From Phoronis australis (lineage: Eukaryota > Animalia > Phoronida), in assembly GCA_002633005.1 (NCBI GenBank), contig NMRA01000440.1, positions 14,613 through 78,612 on the forward strand: a DNA stretch of 64,000 bases, written 5' to 3'. The position numbers and the translations under genes are program-made. Position 1 is the stretch's first letter. Each line of letters opens with the position of its first letter. The notes under the pieces are model-generated. The model saw only the letters and a program-made list of their open reading frames with translations, was not told the DNA's origin and ran no database searches. Positions 26,001-41,000 of the stretch are shown one piece after another.

Positions 26001-29000
26001 TTGAGCTAATTTTTTTTCAAGGGTACTCAGCTCTCCTAAGATGAAGGATGATTCATCACCAGTTACCACTGAAACTAGTTCCGTTAAACCCAAAGAGAGG
26101 CTGATGACTGCATGGGAGACGTGGCTTGTTCGCAAGGAGAAGTTACTGAGGCAGAAGATGGCAGCACTGGCTGAGAAAAAAAAACACGAACAACGCAAGA
26201 GGGAAGAGGAAGAGAAAATCCAGCGTGAAAAGGTGATTTTTTTATTTAACTTTAATATTTTACAGAATCCTATGTGTCTGCATCAACCAATCCAGAATCA
26301 AGGAAGTTGTCACGTATTAAGGGATCGCGTGGTAAGCTTGAGGTGATCATCTCCTTGGTAAGCTGGTGTTTGATTATGATTTCCTGAGCTTGTTGCTGCT
26401 TGAGGTACTTCTATGATTGATCTCACCAGATTGTAAACTCTATGTCTACATGCTCTGCTGCTTTGGTTGACTGGTGTCTCACAGTTCTTTGTATATATGA
26501 CCTTTTGCGCCATCTGTAAAAAGGATGATAACCGCTGTGCTCACTTCCTTGTGTTCAAACACTGCTATTGGCTATTCTAATGTGCAAATGCTGTCATTAG
26601 CTAATAATGTCTACTGATTACTTTGTCAATGCCATTATAAAAGTATCAATTGGAGAACATATTTTTGTACTTAAAAATGGGCTGCATGATCAATTGATTA
26701 ATTAATGTAACTAGTTTTATTACATATTAAATAATTGGCGTGTTCGGTATCGAACAGATCATTCATGAAAGCTCTTTCCACCTGACCAACTTTTTTCCTG
26801 TACAACAAATCTGTTCCCACTAGCCTCACAACTGACTATAGTCCGTAGAAACTGAATAAATGCCCATTGGGTAACAAATCAAGTAATTACTACTGAGAGC
26901 TAGTGTTTGCTGCCACTCCCTTCCAGCATGTAATTACTACTGAGAGCTACTGTTTGCTGCCACTCCCTTCCACCATGTAATTACTACTGAGAGCTACTGT
27001 TTGCTGCCACTCCCTTCCAGCATGTAATTACTACTGAGAGCTAGTGTTTGCTGCCACTCCCTTCCAGCATGTTTGTTGGCATTCTCGCACTTCTGACACG
27101 TTGTGGAGAACATTGAAGTTGTTCGTTTTCTCTTTTGCCAATCAATTTGGGCCAAAGTTTGGTAACCATTCTCCAATGGCGAATTCTGTCCGGCTGATTT
27201 TCAAAATGTCCTGACAGCTTTTGAAACTTCAGGGCAAATGTAGAGGACATAGAAAAAATAGCAAAATCTCTGCGTTGTCAATCTTATCTTATCTTGATTT
27301 TTGCTGAATGAGCCGGCAACTCAAATCATAGGAAATGAATGCGTACATGCGCCATTTTCGAATTCACAATTTTGGTTTGACCAACCCCAGTAAACGCAAG
27401 CATTTGTAGATAAGATATGATGCTGGTACTCTTGCTGGTACTGGAAATAGAATCCCGTCATGCTATCGAATATCATGAGTCTGATTCAGACCCAATTCAG
27501 TTTCCATTTTAGTCAGTTAAACTTGGCAAAATGACTTTAAAGGGAGTTTATTGCAACTCTAAAAATGTTCTCATTATTTGTAAACATATTTGTGTTATTA
27601 TGTCCCCACATGGTCTTCCTCTTGTGGGTTTCCCCTCAATACCTGTTCATGTGAAGGGCATCGGTTACAGTGAACGCTCAACAACTGGTCAAGTGGAAGG
27701 CATCACCATTACTGCTCATACCACTTTCAATGTCCCCTCCTGCCCCTAGGGCCAGAGGGGCATGGCATTTTAGTGTTTTTTGGAGAAGAGTTCTAGCAGA
27801 TGATATCTAGAGAACTGGTGGATTTCAGTGAAACTTGCAGCACCCCCTAGTGGTCATTTTGGTCTTGAGATGGGGCTTTTCAGTATTTTTGGAATGAACA
27901 GTGTTTCTGAAATCTAGAAAAGCGATTGACAGATTTCAATGAAAATTTGACACGGAGGTATGTGATGGCAGTATACTGGCATCAGTCGATTTTCCTTTTT
28001 GGAGTTGATGGCTTCTACCAGTTTTGAGCAGATTCCAACAAGTGCTGTACCCATTATTTTGTTTCTAGTTTTGTATCTGCCAAACCTCATAATTGTTATA
28101 GACTAGACCTGCTCATTTTTGGTTGTCTGATGTTGTGACCCTTTTTAGTAGATTTTACGTCTTAATTGCAAATGTTGAAAACTGTTTATTTGTCAAACTT
28201 TTAGATTTGATGTTAGTTTTGAAAGGCTGAGGTCCCAAGAATACTGTTTTCTCAATTCTGCCTACTGCAGCTACCCCTTGTGGAAAACTTGTTGTCTCCT
28301 TGTACCTTACATGAAACTGATAAACATCCTAGCTCTTACTAAGTACTGTAGTTAAACCATATAGCTACTAAATAATTTGTTTTATTTCAACCTGGTTCTT
28401 TTCCTAAAACCTTTTATCTTATTTTACCATAAAAACTGTTTCCAGACACGTTATTCAGATGTGTAGTAAAAATGCAGTGTTTCTGTTGATGATATCATTA
28501 TTAAGTTTTGTGTTGTTTTCATTGATTTCCACAATAAATTAATTAGTCGCACCTTCTGCTATTCACTTTAATATGGACGTTTTTGTCTGGACTATTTAAA
28601 AGTATCGCCAGTTTCACGAATATACTTCTGGGATGGAGGTCAAAATTTGCTGTCAATTAGCATGTACTTTGGCTGTCACAAAATTAGAGATACAAATTGG
28701 TAAAATTCAGGGCAATATTTATTGTTTTTCACATCAAAAATGGACAGAGAATTGTCAGATTTTTTATTTTGTTGCATCATTGTGAAGATGAACAAAGTAT
28801 GAATATTACAGTTTGGATGCATAAATAAATACTGAGCTACAGATTTATCCCATACGTGGTGAATAAGTCAAGTGCAATACAGTCATGCGATATTGTCATC
28901 CGTATTGCACTCCCGAGACTACTTTAAGAGTGCCCTCTAACATGGAAGGTTCAAAAGGTAGGTCATTGTCCACTCAATGTCGTTAGCCAGTTCGATCATA

Positions 29001-32000
29001 AACCTTTCCCAAAATAGTTTAAAGTAATGAAATTGCAGCAGTGTAAATAACACTCAACATGCAATCAGGACCCAAACATAGCACCTGTTACAAAACTGTT
29101 AATTACACGACACTTTTTTACAAAACTGTTAATTACATGACACTTTTGTCTTAAGTTTTATTTGCAAAATATATCATCTGCAACTCGGGTGTTGATTTCT
29201 TGGTAACTACAATGTTGAATATTGTTGTTATTTAATTATTTTCAGGAAATGTTACAAGTTCAATGCAAAATTACCATTGTTTTCGTCTTTGTTATCTGTT
29301 TTCAAGTAATAAATCGTTACATTTGAAACTCTTTCTTTTACTACAGAAAACTTGTAACATAACACCAAGTACATACATGTAGGATGTGGTCTACCACGTG
29401 AACAAAGCGTATGGGATAAATACACAACGTACCTTGATTGGCGTTGATGAAGTAATATCCCACTCGGCATTATTCCACATGTCGACCTTGGCATTCCATC
29501 TCGGTCGTTACGTGGAGTAATGTCTCCTGGGATATTGCTTCATCTCCGCCACTCTCTGTACGTTTTGTGTATATATCTGGAGGGGTAGGGAATGTACGCT
29601 GGTAAAAATGGCGGTTATTTTGTTGTTTTAAATGTTATGATGGTGATCACTATGATGTCACTTTTTTATTTTAGGTTTTGAGAGCCGAAAATGTGCGCAA
29701 AACATGGCTGGAGCACAAGAACCAACAAGAGAGGGAACGTAGGCAGATGGAGAAACAGGAGAAAATGGAAAAAGATCAAGAGAAAGAAAATAAGAAGAAG
29801 GTTATCCAAGAAAGATCGCAGGAAAGATACGAGGTCTGTTTTAAGCTAGAAAGCAGTAGAGGCACTTTAGATGGTGTGTGTGTTAATCATTTCATTTCAG
29901 ATATTAATTTGCAAAATATATATTTCACTGGGTATTGACTTAGCACTCATAAAATGTCATCTTGTAGGCAAATAAAACAACTATGGTGTGGTATTTAAAT
30001 TGCTAATCTAAAAAACGGGGTGGGCCGTAAGCCGAGCATGGGCGGTAACGCGGACGAGTACGGTACTTTTCTACATGGATTTCGTACATTAAACAGCCAC
30101 TTCTCTCATCTGTTAATTGCCCGCTGTCTCACCTGCATCTCTCATCTGCTGTCTCACCTGCTAACAGCCATATTGTTTTTGGCGCATGAATGTCATTGTC
30201 CATGCCATCCAACTTCTTTATTCAAGTCCTTAAATCATTTCTAACAACATAATCATCCCAATTTCATATCATTGAACAGTGTCATTCAAAAATACACCAA
30301 AAACCATTGAGTGCTTTTAAATCAAGTGAAACTTGCCAACTGTAATTGTATTGAAATAATGGAACTTCCTTGCCCCTGGAGCCTCCTGGTGGTGGCCAGC
30401 TATAAATTCTTCCTGAGAACTCCAGTATTTACTGTCAGTTAAGGATTTTCCATTTAAGTTTGAATTAAGTTATCTAAAGTTACCGTTGATGTTTGTTAAA
30501 GATTTTAAAAGTGTATCTTAATAAGCAAATACTAAGAAGCCAAATGTGTCGGGATTTTGTATTAGCTTTCATAAACATTTTGAAAATAAGACACTCACCA
30601 GAACATGGGAGTTTATAACTTAACTTTCAGTTTCAGAAAATTGCATTTATGCTCTTGTCATTGTTTTTGATTTTCCAAATTTGTAAATAAAGATCATTTT
30701 GACTGGTAGATTTTAATAGTAAAACTAGTAAATCTAAAATGACCAGCGTCGGTCCTAAAATATATTAAAATATCCCCACGTATCGAGCGATGCGTTCTTT
30801 CTCAAGGGTGTGCTACAGACTGCTGAATACATGTGGATAGATCTAAAATGGCACAGGGGACCACATAGTGACATACAATAAACGTGAACAATATGAACAC
30901 AACAGGACATGGCAACTACCAGTGGGGTAGGCCTACCTATGACTAGAGAGAGAGAGAGACCCAAACAGAGACATACGCAGCTACTGAAGTCTATTCACTA
31001 CAGACTTGTAGTGAGACAGAACTTCTATGTCTCTGTTCAGGCCACTGACGTGAGTGTTAAACTTCGCGATGAATTCAGCCTTGCATTTTCTACATACGTA
31101 AGTGTCCGCCTTTGACTACAAGTACATTGACGTGGTAGTATGGCCTGGGAGGTGGAAATGTTCCCCAATGGGAACCGCCCTATTATTGTGAAGAATCGTC
31201 TGCCTATGGCCATTCATTCTAGTGCATAACGAGTTACATGTCTCCCCAAAATACCACGCATGGGGACATTTACCACATCTAATAAGATAAACAATGCCCA
31301 CACTTGAGCACGAGAATTTGTCTCTGATCTCATATGAGACACCATAGCGACTTATGACTGACTCCCCAGATATGTGGGTGCAAGTCAAGCACCTGAGCCA
31401 ACCTCTTGGTGGTCTATGTTAATGAACCTGCTTCTAACTAGCATATTCCTAAGATTGGGAGGCTGTCTATAGACCAGACGGGGCATCAAGGGGATAACCC
31501 TAGTTAAGTACTCGTTGTCTAACAGCAGTAAATTTTACTCATTTTTGAAAGTTTTGCATTGGCTGAGGAACTTTGTATTGCATGATATCTTGTGGAGTGT
31601 GCAACGTGCTGTAGTCTCCGTTGAGGTTGTTCACCAGTAGCAATGTATTTGTTGATCTCTGATCTCTTTTCTTTCAGAAAATATACTAGGGTACTTTTAC
31701 TAGTTGACATTGCCCAACTGTTTTTTGATATATGGGTTAGAATGACGATCACTAATAAAATAAGATTTGAGATAACGTTAAGTATAGCTTGTTCGTGTAC
31801 ATTTTCATATTCTTTTCCAGGAATGGATAGAACATAAACGAAAACTAGAGAGGGAGGCGCGCTTGCAAGGTAAAGAGGAGAGGAAACTTAAGTCAGAGGA
31901 GGAGAGAGAGCGAAAGGCTCAAAGTGAGGCTGCGTTCGAGGCGTGGTGTAAAAAGGCTCAAAAACAACCAAGACCTCTGAATAACAGCTTCGGATATACT

Positions 32001-35000
32001 TGTGGAAAATTAACAGGTATTTGTATTATTATTTCCACAGCTTGGTCACATTAACTCTATTTCGATGCACTGTACTAATATTATTCAGCAGATATTAAAA
32101 AAATTTCATAATGGCAGCTAGATGTCTTAAGTCAACCTTTTTTCAGGTCATTTTTAGTAAAAATACTGTTCGTTGATTACTCCAGACCTGTTTTTCAGTT
32201 AATAACGGCTTCTTGTAATCTTATTAATTAGTCGTGCCTTTCTCCGGAAGTGATGTTTAGGGGATTAAGAATTTCCCTCCATTTTGTTTTAACGTAGTCC
32301 GACTGTGTGAGCTGTCGAGTCGGTCATTATTTTACCTAGCTTGTGATAAGTTCAGTCACCGTTTGCACTTGTTTATGAGTCAGTCAACATGCCGCAAGTT
32401 TGCTGCGTACCAGGTGTACTCATTATCGTCTCATGCATATTTTGGGTGTGCCATAACATCGCCTTCAGAAGGATGACACACTCCGCCGTACTTGGCTCAT
32501 TCATGTGAACAGTGCATCGTTACCCATCCACGCAATGTACAAAACAGTTGAGAATTACCAAGTGAGCGCATTTTTGAAGCAAGAAGTCTCACAAGAAGTC
32601 TCGCAAGAAGTCTCGCAAGAAGTCTCGCAAGAAGTCTCGCAAGAAGTCTCACAAGCTGTGGCCTCATAAACTATCACCCGTACCCCAGAGCATGCAATTC
32701 CTTGAACTAGCAGTGATTCGCTCTGTGCTGGTGTTGGCCCAGGGACTCATCTAGCAGCCGTCCTTGGGACAGCCCTTTTAAAAAAATGACTGCTTTGGAC
32801 GGCACGGCCAAGACGGAAAAAAGACGGCCTATTCCAAAACAACCTCGGCGAAAATGAAGGCTAAACTAAAAATTTTATTATTTATTATTAATAAATTTTA
32901 TTGAAACCTACAATTCATTGTTTGGGTTCGCAAAATATTAATAAATAACTCGACATTAGAAACTTTTGCCATCTATTTTTACTATGAATGTCACAATGAT
33001 GATCGGCAAATACTGGCAGCCAACTTTGAGGAATACCTTCCTGTTCTGTGACGTCAAGGTGACTTAATACGGAATCCCCCGCACGGCTAGTGTCGATATT
33101 GCATCCAGCACTAACTACCCGTACATGGACACTTAATCTTTGAAATTGAAGACCCCACACCCAAAGTTCAAAGGATTTGCCGTATCCCTAGTGCTAGTTG
33201 CCGACGCGGAAGTTGAAGCGGCACTCGATGTATTTGATGGAGCAGCCAGTTTGAAATAGCTGAGAACGTACATTTCGAAAAAAAAAATGATACCCACCAA
33301 AATTCTAGCACTGACCTGCCGTACAAATGCCATCAATGTCGTTGAACATGAAAACCAGATAAAAGTTAGCGCAAACTTCCTTAATTTGTTCGCATAGTTC
33401 CGTTGCAACTCGAACGAATGAATGAAAAAATATCAAAAAATCCGCACGGCCGAATGATTTATATTGATGCGCGAGAATGCAGTGCAAACTTTACGAGAAA
33501 AAAATGTGGTGTGTAATGTTGGTTACGTATTCAATGACTAACTTAGCGTGAAAGTAAATGCCTCGATAAACTTCAGCTTTTTGTGGAATTCCATGATTAT
33601 TGGGTGATTCCAGTATATCCTCTGTGTGTGGCACTGCGTGCCGTATTTGAAAAAATGAAGGTCAGCCAGTCACGTGCACAGCACCTGTTACTTCGGCTGT
33701 GAACCAGGCCGGGGGATGTGACTCTTAAACTGCGAGAAAACAATGGTTCTTTTTAAGAATAAATATCTTGTAGCATACTATGAAAGACTGTGATTGACTT
33801 TCGAGCTGGTAAGTTTCAATTCAACAAACCATCTACTTATAATGCACTGCAGAAGACGTAACAACTATAATGTCCCTGGCGACCACTGGCAAGCCAAACG
33901 ATGTGAAATTTATGAGTAAAGTGCTCTGAAAAATGTTTAAGAAATGTAAAAGTACGAATGCCAAATTCAAACATGGAGTTTTGACGTTTTTTTTTTGGTC
34001 CCGATCCTTTACAAAGCCAAGTCCAGTTATACACGCGTGAGTGCACATACGCCGTCACTCCTATTTTCCAGCGGAGATTTTCGACCGTGTTGAGCACTGG
34101 TGATACTGATTCGTGAATTTGTTGAGGATATGGTCTTGTTTTTGTAGATTCATGAATTGCAGTACTGTGGGATGTAATGAAACGTAGACATGTACTCTAG
34201 GATATATTTCTTCATGTCCTTTTGAATGCAACTTCATTGTCTTCTCACAATTTTAAATGGTTTCTCAACTGCATTTAAGTAGTACACTTCTCTTTTGAGA
34301 GCTTCAAGATACATTGAGTCCTGTCTAACATGCAACTCTACACAGATTATGTTACTAAAGGATTTACAGGTCTTGATTTTTGCAGTTTAGTGACAAAGCA
34401 CATCCTGAATGGAACAAACCTAATTTTTGTTTAGTTTGCCTCTGCCTGTGCTGTCCTTTGGACAAGAAAAAGACACGCAAACAGAGTGCTAAATAAAATG
34501 CAAGGAAATGACCTTTTTTATGTAACAGTTTTTTCCTCAGCGGATGGGGGGAATCCCCACGCCTTTCCCCCCACCGTAAATTCAAATGCAAAAACAAAAT
34601 GGCGATAAATTCTTAACCCCTTAAACGTCACTTCCGGAGTAGTGTACGACTAATTTATAAATTACGAGAAGCCGTAATTAACTGAAACATGTCTGGGATA
34701 ATCTATATGGTTTACTATAGGTTTGTAATGATCAACACTTGGAGGATATTTATATTTAAATTTTGAAACTGAGATGAGCATTTGGATTCACACCAGAGGG
34801 CTTGTTAAACCTGATAATTGGGGGTGAGCATTTAACTCAGAGATGGGGACTTAGATGGAAATTTCAGGAAATTGGGGCTGGGCACTTACCTACATATGGA
34901 TGGTTAACATATGCCAGACAATAGAACCTTCAGAATTGAAGTCCACGGCCCTGAAGTTCAAAGGATTTGTTGCAAGGCTAGTTGCTGATGCAAATTTGAA

Positions 35001-38000
35001 TCAACGCTCTCTAACCGATGTGCGTATTCGAGAAGTTAAGTACACAACTTGACAGTGGAGAAAATACTTGTTAAAAATACTCATCTTTCTTGAATTAACC
35101 TGCTATATGAATGTGAGGATGCAAAAATCAGGTATTTTACATTGAAAATCTACTGGGTGGGTTGTAGTTTATTCATTTTTTTTTCCGTAATTAGGAATAA
35201 CACTTATTAGATTCTTGATGACATTTATTGTAATAAAAATATAAAAGGCAAGTCTATACAGTGATCACTGTTGCATTTCATTTGACATTGTGTAAATAGT
35301 TGTAATGTAGTTGGTCACATCATGACACTTTAGTTCTCAGCTGTACTCGGTGATAACAATTCAACCATCTGTTCGTCGTTCGCTTCTTTGGCATAGTGAA
35401 GAGGGGTGTGGTTTGTCTGAAAAACAATTGAGTAAAAGGTTTAACAGGACATGATCAGTGATAGTGGAAATAAATTACGATTCTCACTGCATATCAAAGT
35501 ACCAGGATTATTTCTCTGCCCATTCAATCAATCGTTTTTATATCTTGTAGTAGATTTACAGGGAAGTGGTTGACTATGTGCCCAATACTTGGGTTGAAAT
35601 TTTAGTCAAAACTCTGGATTCACTGTAATGTGGCAGCAGTCCTTGTTGACGTAACCATTTAACTGCACGACTAAGATGTTTGTTTGCTTAAGTCATCAGA
35701 ATGAAACTCGAGAAACTCTGGATTGTAAACCTCTCTACTTGACTGAGGTATATGATTTGCACAATAGAAAATTTTCCGTGCAAGTTAACAAAATGCAACT
35801 TCGACAATTCCAATCTACTTTTCTCCATTCCTTGACCAGTGCACTAACAACACTTACATTATCTGCACAGCCAACCAGTTCTGGATACGTCTCCAGTAAA
35901 TGTTTTGAGACCTCCGCGTGCGAGCCCATTACTGCCTTGTGAAGAGCCGTGCGACCGCTGACGTCTCGTGACATGGCAAATTTTTTGCTGTCCAAATCCT
36001 GCGTAATGGCAGCTAGGTCACCCTCTTCAGCTCCCTTGTGTATTCTCTCTATTTTTGCCTGAAGTGAAAAAGACTGTTAGTTGGCTCTGTGCAGCATGCT
36101 GTTGACAGGCAAGACTTGCGCGATACTGTCACATGTCAATAGTAACAGATTTGCTGGATCTCTTGATAGCATTGTGCATTTGTAGCACGGAAACTATTTG
36201 CAGTGATACTTGTGTAGCAAGTGTTTTAATGCGGTTTTGATGACACTTTTTGGCGTAAATTAGCACCCAGGTAAATCAGCTTTTTTAATTGAATATAGCT
36301 CCCCAGCAATAAACACGCATGTGGATAATCTTACATATTAGTCACAAGACTTCCCGCAGCACATCAAGGACAGTTAAGCTGGTGAATGTTCCTGAAACAA
36401 TGCTGACTTTGCAGTCTTTTATTAAGTGAACCAAACACCAAACGTGAAAGTTACCATAAATTCGGGAATGCCGTTGTAGAACTCGGCTATATCCTCGTTG
36501 CCGCTGCCATATTTGCCTGGTATGTCTGGAATTTGGTCATAGCCAGTCAACAACATGCTCTCTATTGTGTCAAACTCTTGCTTCTGGAATAGCTCACCAA
36601 CAAAGTTGTCTGAAATAATAAAAATAAAGGTCAATTCGTTGCACCGCTTTGATCAAATTTTGTTAGAATTTAAAATATAAGTAAAAATTTACAGGCAGGA
36701 TACATCATTCTCTACATTTTCTAATAAAAGTTTTTTGGTCGCTTGGCCATTTATTCCTTATGGACACTGGGATTACAAAGGGTAACATAGGGCTTTGTAT
36801 TACAAGTCAGCTTCTTTGTACACAACCGAGAATATGACTGTTTAAAGGCTTGGCAGATCAATGTGGGGCAAATGAAAATTGAAATAGAACTCGTGAAGTC
36901 ACCTCATGGTATTTTGTTGCTTGAACCAATCACAATGCATAAATTTTGATTTGATCTGGACAATGCTATTTACTTCAACATGTTGGCATTGTCATTCATC
37001 TGATGAGACAAGGGAAGTTACGGGTCGATTACAAAGACATTTGCTTAAAGCAGATTTGGGAGCGAATTGGTCATGAAATTATCTTTTTATTTGCATACAC
37101 TTGTGACACAAGAATTACCATGGTCAATCTTTCAAGGATAGTGCACTTCATTATAATTTTGACAGAAAGTAGTTAAACAGTCGATAGGTCACTTTGAAAT
37201 GTGAATTTTGTTGTTTGTGCATCAAATATATAAACAATATTTCTTCTGCAGCACATAAATATTTTTATGCCCATTGTTGTCGCTCATTTTCTGGACATTA
37301 CAAATTTTGCTGGCTTGTGAATTTTCTTGGTTTTGTAAAAAGAAATCCGCTTGTAATTTATAGATTCAACTGAATAAACTTTATTCACTGGTATTCAGAG
37401 CATTGTAGTTACATTGTCTTGAGAAGTGATGGGAAGTGTGAACAGTGACAAGTGTAAGTGATGAGAAGTGTGGGTGATGAGAAGTGTGGGTGATGAGAGG
37501 CGTGGGTGATGAGAGGCGTGGGTGATGAGNNNNNNNNNNNNNNNNNNNNNNNNNNNNNNNNNNNNNNNNNNNNNNNNNNNNNNNNNNNNNNNNNNNNNNN
37601 NNNNNNNNNNNNNNNNNNNNNNNNNNNNNNNNNNNNNNNNNNNNNNNNNNNNNNNNNNNNNNNNNNNNNNNNNNNNNNNNNNNNNNNNNNNNNNNNNNNN
37701 NNNNNNNNNNNNNNNNNNNNNNNNNNNNNNNNNNNNNNNNNNNNNNNNNNNNNNNNNNNNNNNNNNNNNNNNNNNNNNNNNNNNNNNNNNNNNNNNNNNN
37801 NNNNNNNNNNNNNNNNNNNNNNNNNNNNNNNNNNNNNNNNNNNNNNNNNNNNNNNNNNNNNNNNNNNNNNNNNNNNNNNNNNNNNNNNNNNNNNNNNNNN
37901 NNNNNNNNNNNNNNNNNNNNNNNNNNNNNNNNNNNNNNNNNNNNNNNNNNNNNNNNNNNNNNNNNNNNNNNNNNNNNNNNNNNNNNNNNNNNNNNNNNNN

Positions 38001-41000
38001 NNNNNNNNNNNNNNNNNNNNNNNNNNNNNNNNNNNNNNNNNNNNNATGCTTGTCTTACCAATAGCCTGTACAACCTCGATGCGATCAGCTGCTTCTGCAA
38101 TGTCTCGAGGCGTCTGGTTTGCTTCATCCCTGTCAGACAATGGATACCCTTCTTTAAGCAATGCGAGGACCTCCTCCACACCCATGGATGACACAGCATA
38201 ATGCAGCTTGGTGCGACCCTGTTCATCCTTTTCTTTTGTCTTGTCCTTGTTTGCTGTGTCATCTTGCTCTTGGTCTTCTCGCACAGTGGCGAGCTCTGGT
38301 GGCTGAGCTAGAGACAGTTGCTCACGTGCTCTGAAGGAGTAAGAGTTAAAGTTGTGAACATTGACAGAAGCTTAACTTTCACGGTGTGATACAATCTTGG
38401 TGTTTAGGTACCCTCCATATTATTTACTGTCAAAAATTTGATTTTGAAATTTCTTTGTAGCATTCACTTTCTTTAGTCAGGCTGCTCTTAGCTCTCTTAA
38501 CCCCGTGTCCCCTGCTCGTGACTTTGTCTTCGGGTAAGACCTCCTTTGCATTACATTCTGGCAGTTCTGATCCTTCATTGCACCTCCTATCTGCATCTCT
38601 CCATAAGAGACCACGAGACACCCTCTCTTCTCCATCCCACTTTCTCTGCAACTCACTTCCTTTTTTGCTCCCTTAATCCCAATGCCACCATACTTTGTTT
38701 ATCAACACCTCTCCCAAACCACTGTTGTCCCCTGAACCTCTCCACCGTCCGTCTAGACCCCATCTCCCCCTCATCCACCACCTTTAGTTCAACCTCTCTC
38801 TACCGCCCGTCTAGACCCCATCTCCCCCTCATCCACCACCTTTAGTTCCTTCTCAACTATTCCTGCTCTCTACATCACACTTTGTTCCCTGCTTCTTTCT
38901 ACCTCCAGGTCATGTGTGCCCTGTCAACCATCCTTGTCAGCTCTCCCTACTTTGTTTTCCACCATAGCTTGCTCCCTACCATTCCCTCTACCTCTCCCCA
39001 AGACCTTCTTTACCCATCAGCTGCCCCTACTTCTTTCTGTTCTATTCTTGCTTCTTCTACGACACTGTACCCTGATGTTCCCTGTCAATTCCCTAAAGAG
39101 CCGCACCCTTTTCCTCTCCATTTACGTTCTCTTCGACACTTTGTTTGCTGACCTTCTTTCCATCCCTTTCCTCTCCAAATCCTTTACAATATTCAAATCC
39201 CTGACCTTCCCTGTCAATCTAAAGAGCCATACCCCTTCCCTCTCCATTTAACTTTCTCTATGACACTCTGTAGCCTGTCAATAATCTAAAGAACCATGCC
39301 CCTTTCCTTTCCACTTACTTTATCTACCACACTCTTGTACCCTGTCAATACTCCAAAGAACCACACCCCTTCCCTCTACATTTACTTTCTCTATCACACT
39401 CTTGTACCCTATCAATACTTCAAAGAACCACACCCCTTCCCTCTACATTTACTTTCTCTATCACACTCTTGCACCCTGTCAATACTCCAAAGAACCACAC
39501 CCCTTTCCTCTCCACTTAGTTTCTCTATCACACTCTTGTACCCTATCAATACTTCAAAGAACCACACCCCTTCCCTCTCCACTTAGTTTCTCTACCACAC
39601 TCTGTTCCCTGTCAGTCCTCTAAAGAGCCACGCCCCTTCCCTCTCCACTTACTTTCTCTACCACACTCTGTTCCCTGTCAGTTCTCTAAAGAGCCACTCC
39701 CCTTCCCTCTCCACTTACTTCCTTTGCAACTCTTCTTGTTCTTTCTGCTTCCTTTCTTCTTCTTCCTTCTCTGCCTTCAGACGTTTCTCCTCCTCTATCA
39801 GCTGCAGCTTCTCCTGTCTTCGCTGCTCACGTCGTATTTTCTCTTGCTCCTCCTCCAGCCTCTGCTGGTGAATTTGCTCTTCCATCTCAGCTTGCTGCAG
39901 ATAATCAGGCACTATGTATTGATCATGATATATTCCTATACTTATTCATTCACTCCAGTTATTTGTATGCATATGTTTTACATGTGGTGTGAGGAACCCT
40001 GTCACACAGAAGAAGGTTGAATAATGTAAAATTCTTCTGTTTGGGACGGTGAAAATTAATTATTTGTCTCGATGTGGGAGCTTGTGCCAAATTTTAGACT
40101 GTTGGTTTCAAAATAGAGAATTCCATATTTGTGAATGCCGAAATTGCCTATCTAAATTATCAGAGTCGAGAAAATTCAATTTACCAGACGGGTAGACTTG
40201 ATTTTTTGGTGTCCCAAGTTTTAGGTACTTCCCGAACTAGAGACTTTTTACCATACTCTTGATTTTGAGGACTTTACTACTAAACTAAATTGAAATAAAG
40301 TTTTATCAATTATGGTTTGCATTGTGGATTCGCGCAGAATGATTTTCAAGGTTATTTCAAGATGCTGATTAGCAAATAATGTGATGTTGAATGTTATGTT
40401 TACTCAAAAGATTGTACTTTGTAGATAGCTTGTAACTTTTATGATTAGAGTTATGTTCATGATTTAAAAACTGTAGGTGGCGTGATTGTTAGATAGGTGA
40501 TGAAAAGTCTCATAGTTGAAGACTTGGTACATACCTTCTTCTCTCTCATTTTGTTGTCATGGTACTTCAGTAAATAATGAGCCAAATATTCAATGGGGTC
40601 CCACGGTCGTTTCTCTGCCACTTCAGCCAGACCAGCGGCAAGCAATGAGCCCAAGTTCTTGGCAATGTATTGACCCTCAACACTTGATGGTTCCGGTACA
40701 TTCTTGATTGTGTAAGGATCGTTTTCAGCCATGTTCCTCTGGGCATGTGATCCAAATATACGTGGGGCAGCTAGAAGAATGCAAAACACATGCTCAACAT
40801 TGCAGACTTGTCCAACATTTTTGTAAAAGAATTAAAAATAAAGTATTTTACTATTTCTAATATTCTCATAGTTAGTACTTCTATCAAAATATTTTTAAAA
40901 CAGATTAGCTGATGTGTCATGCTAGTAGTACTTACGCTTCTCAATTGGTGTCTCTGTAGCTGTGTTCTGAGGAGTTTTCTGTGTGTCAGATGGAGGACGT

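Noticed and set aside
37381-38284. Long ORFs (180-293 aa) in the ORF track
   Set aside because: Their length comes from reading through the N gap; only 38059-38330 is a real exon.
38430-39623. Several Pro/Leu/Ser/Thr-rich ORFs
   Set aside because: They arise from low-complexity pyrimidine-rich intron sequence and the 67-bp minisatellite.
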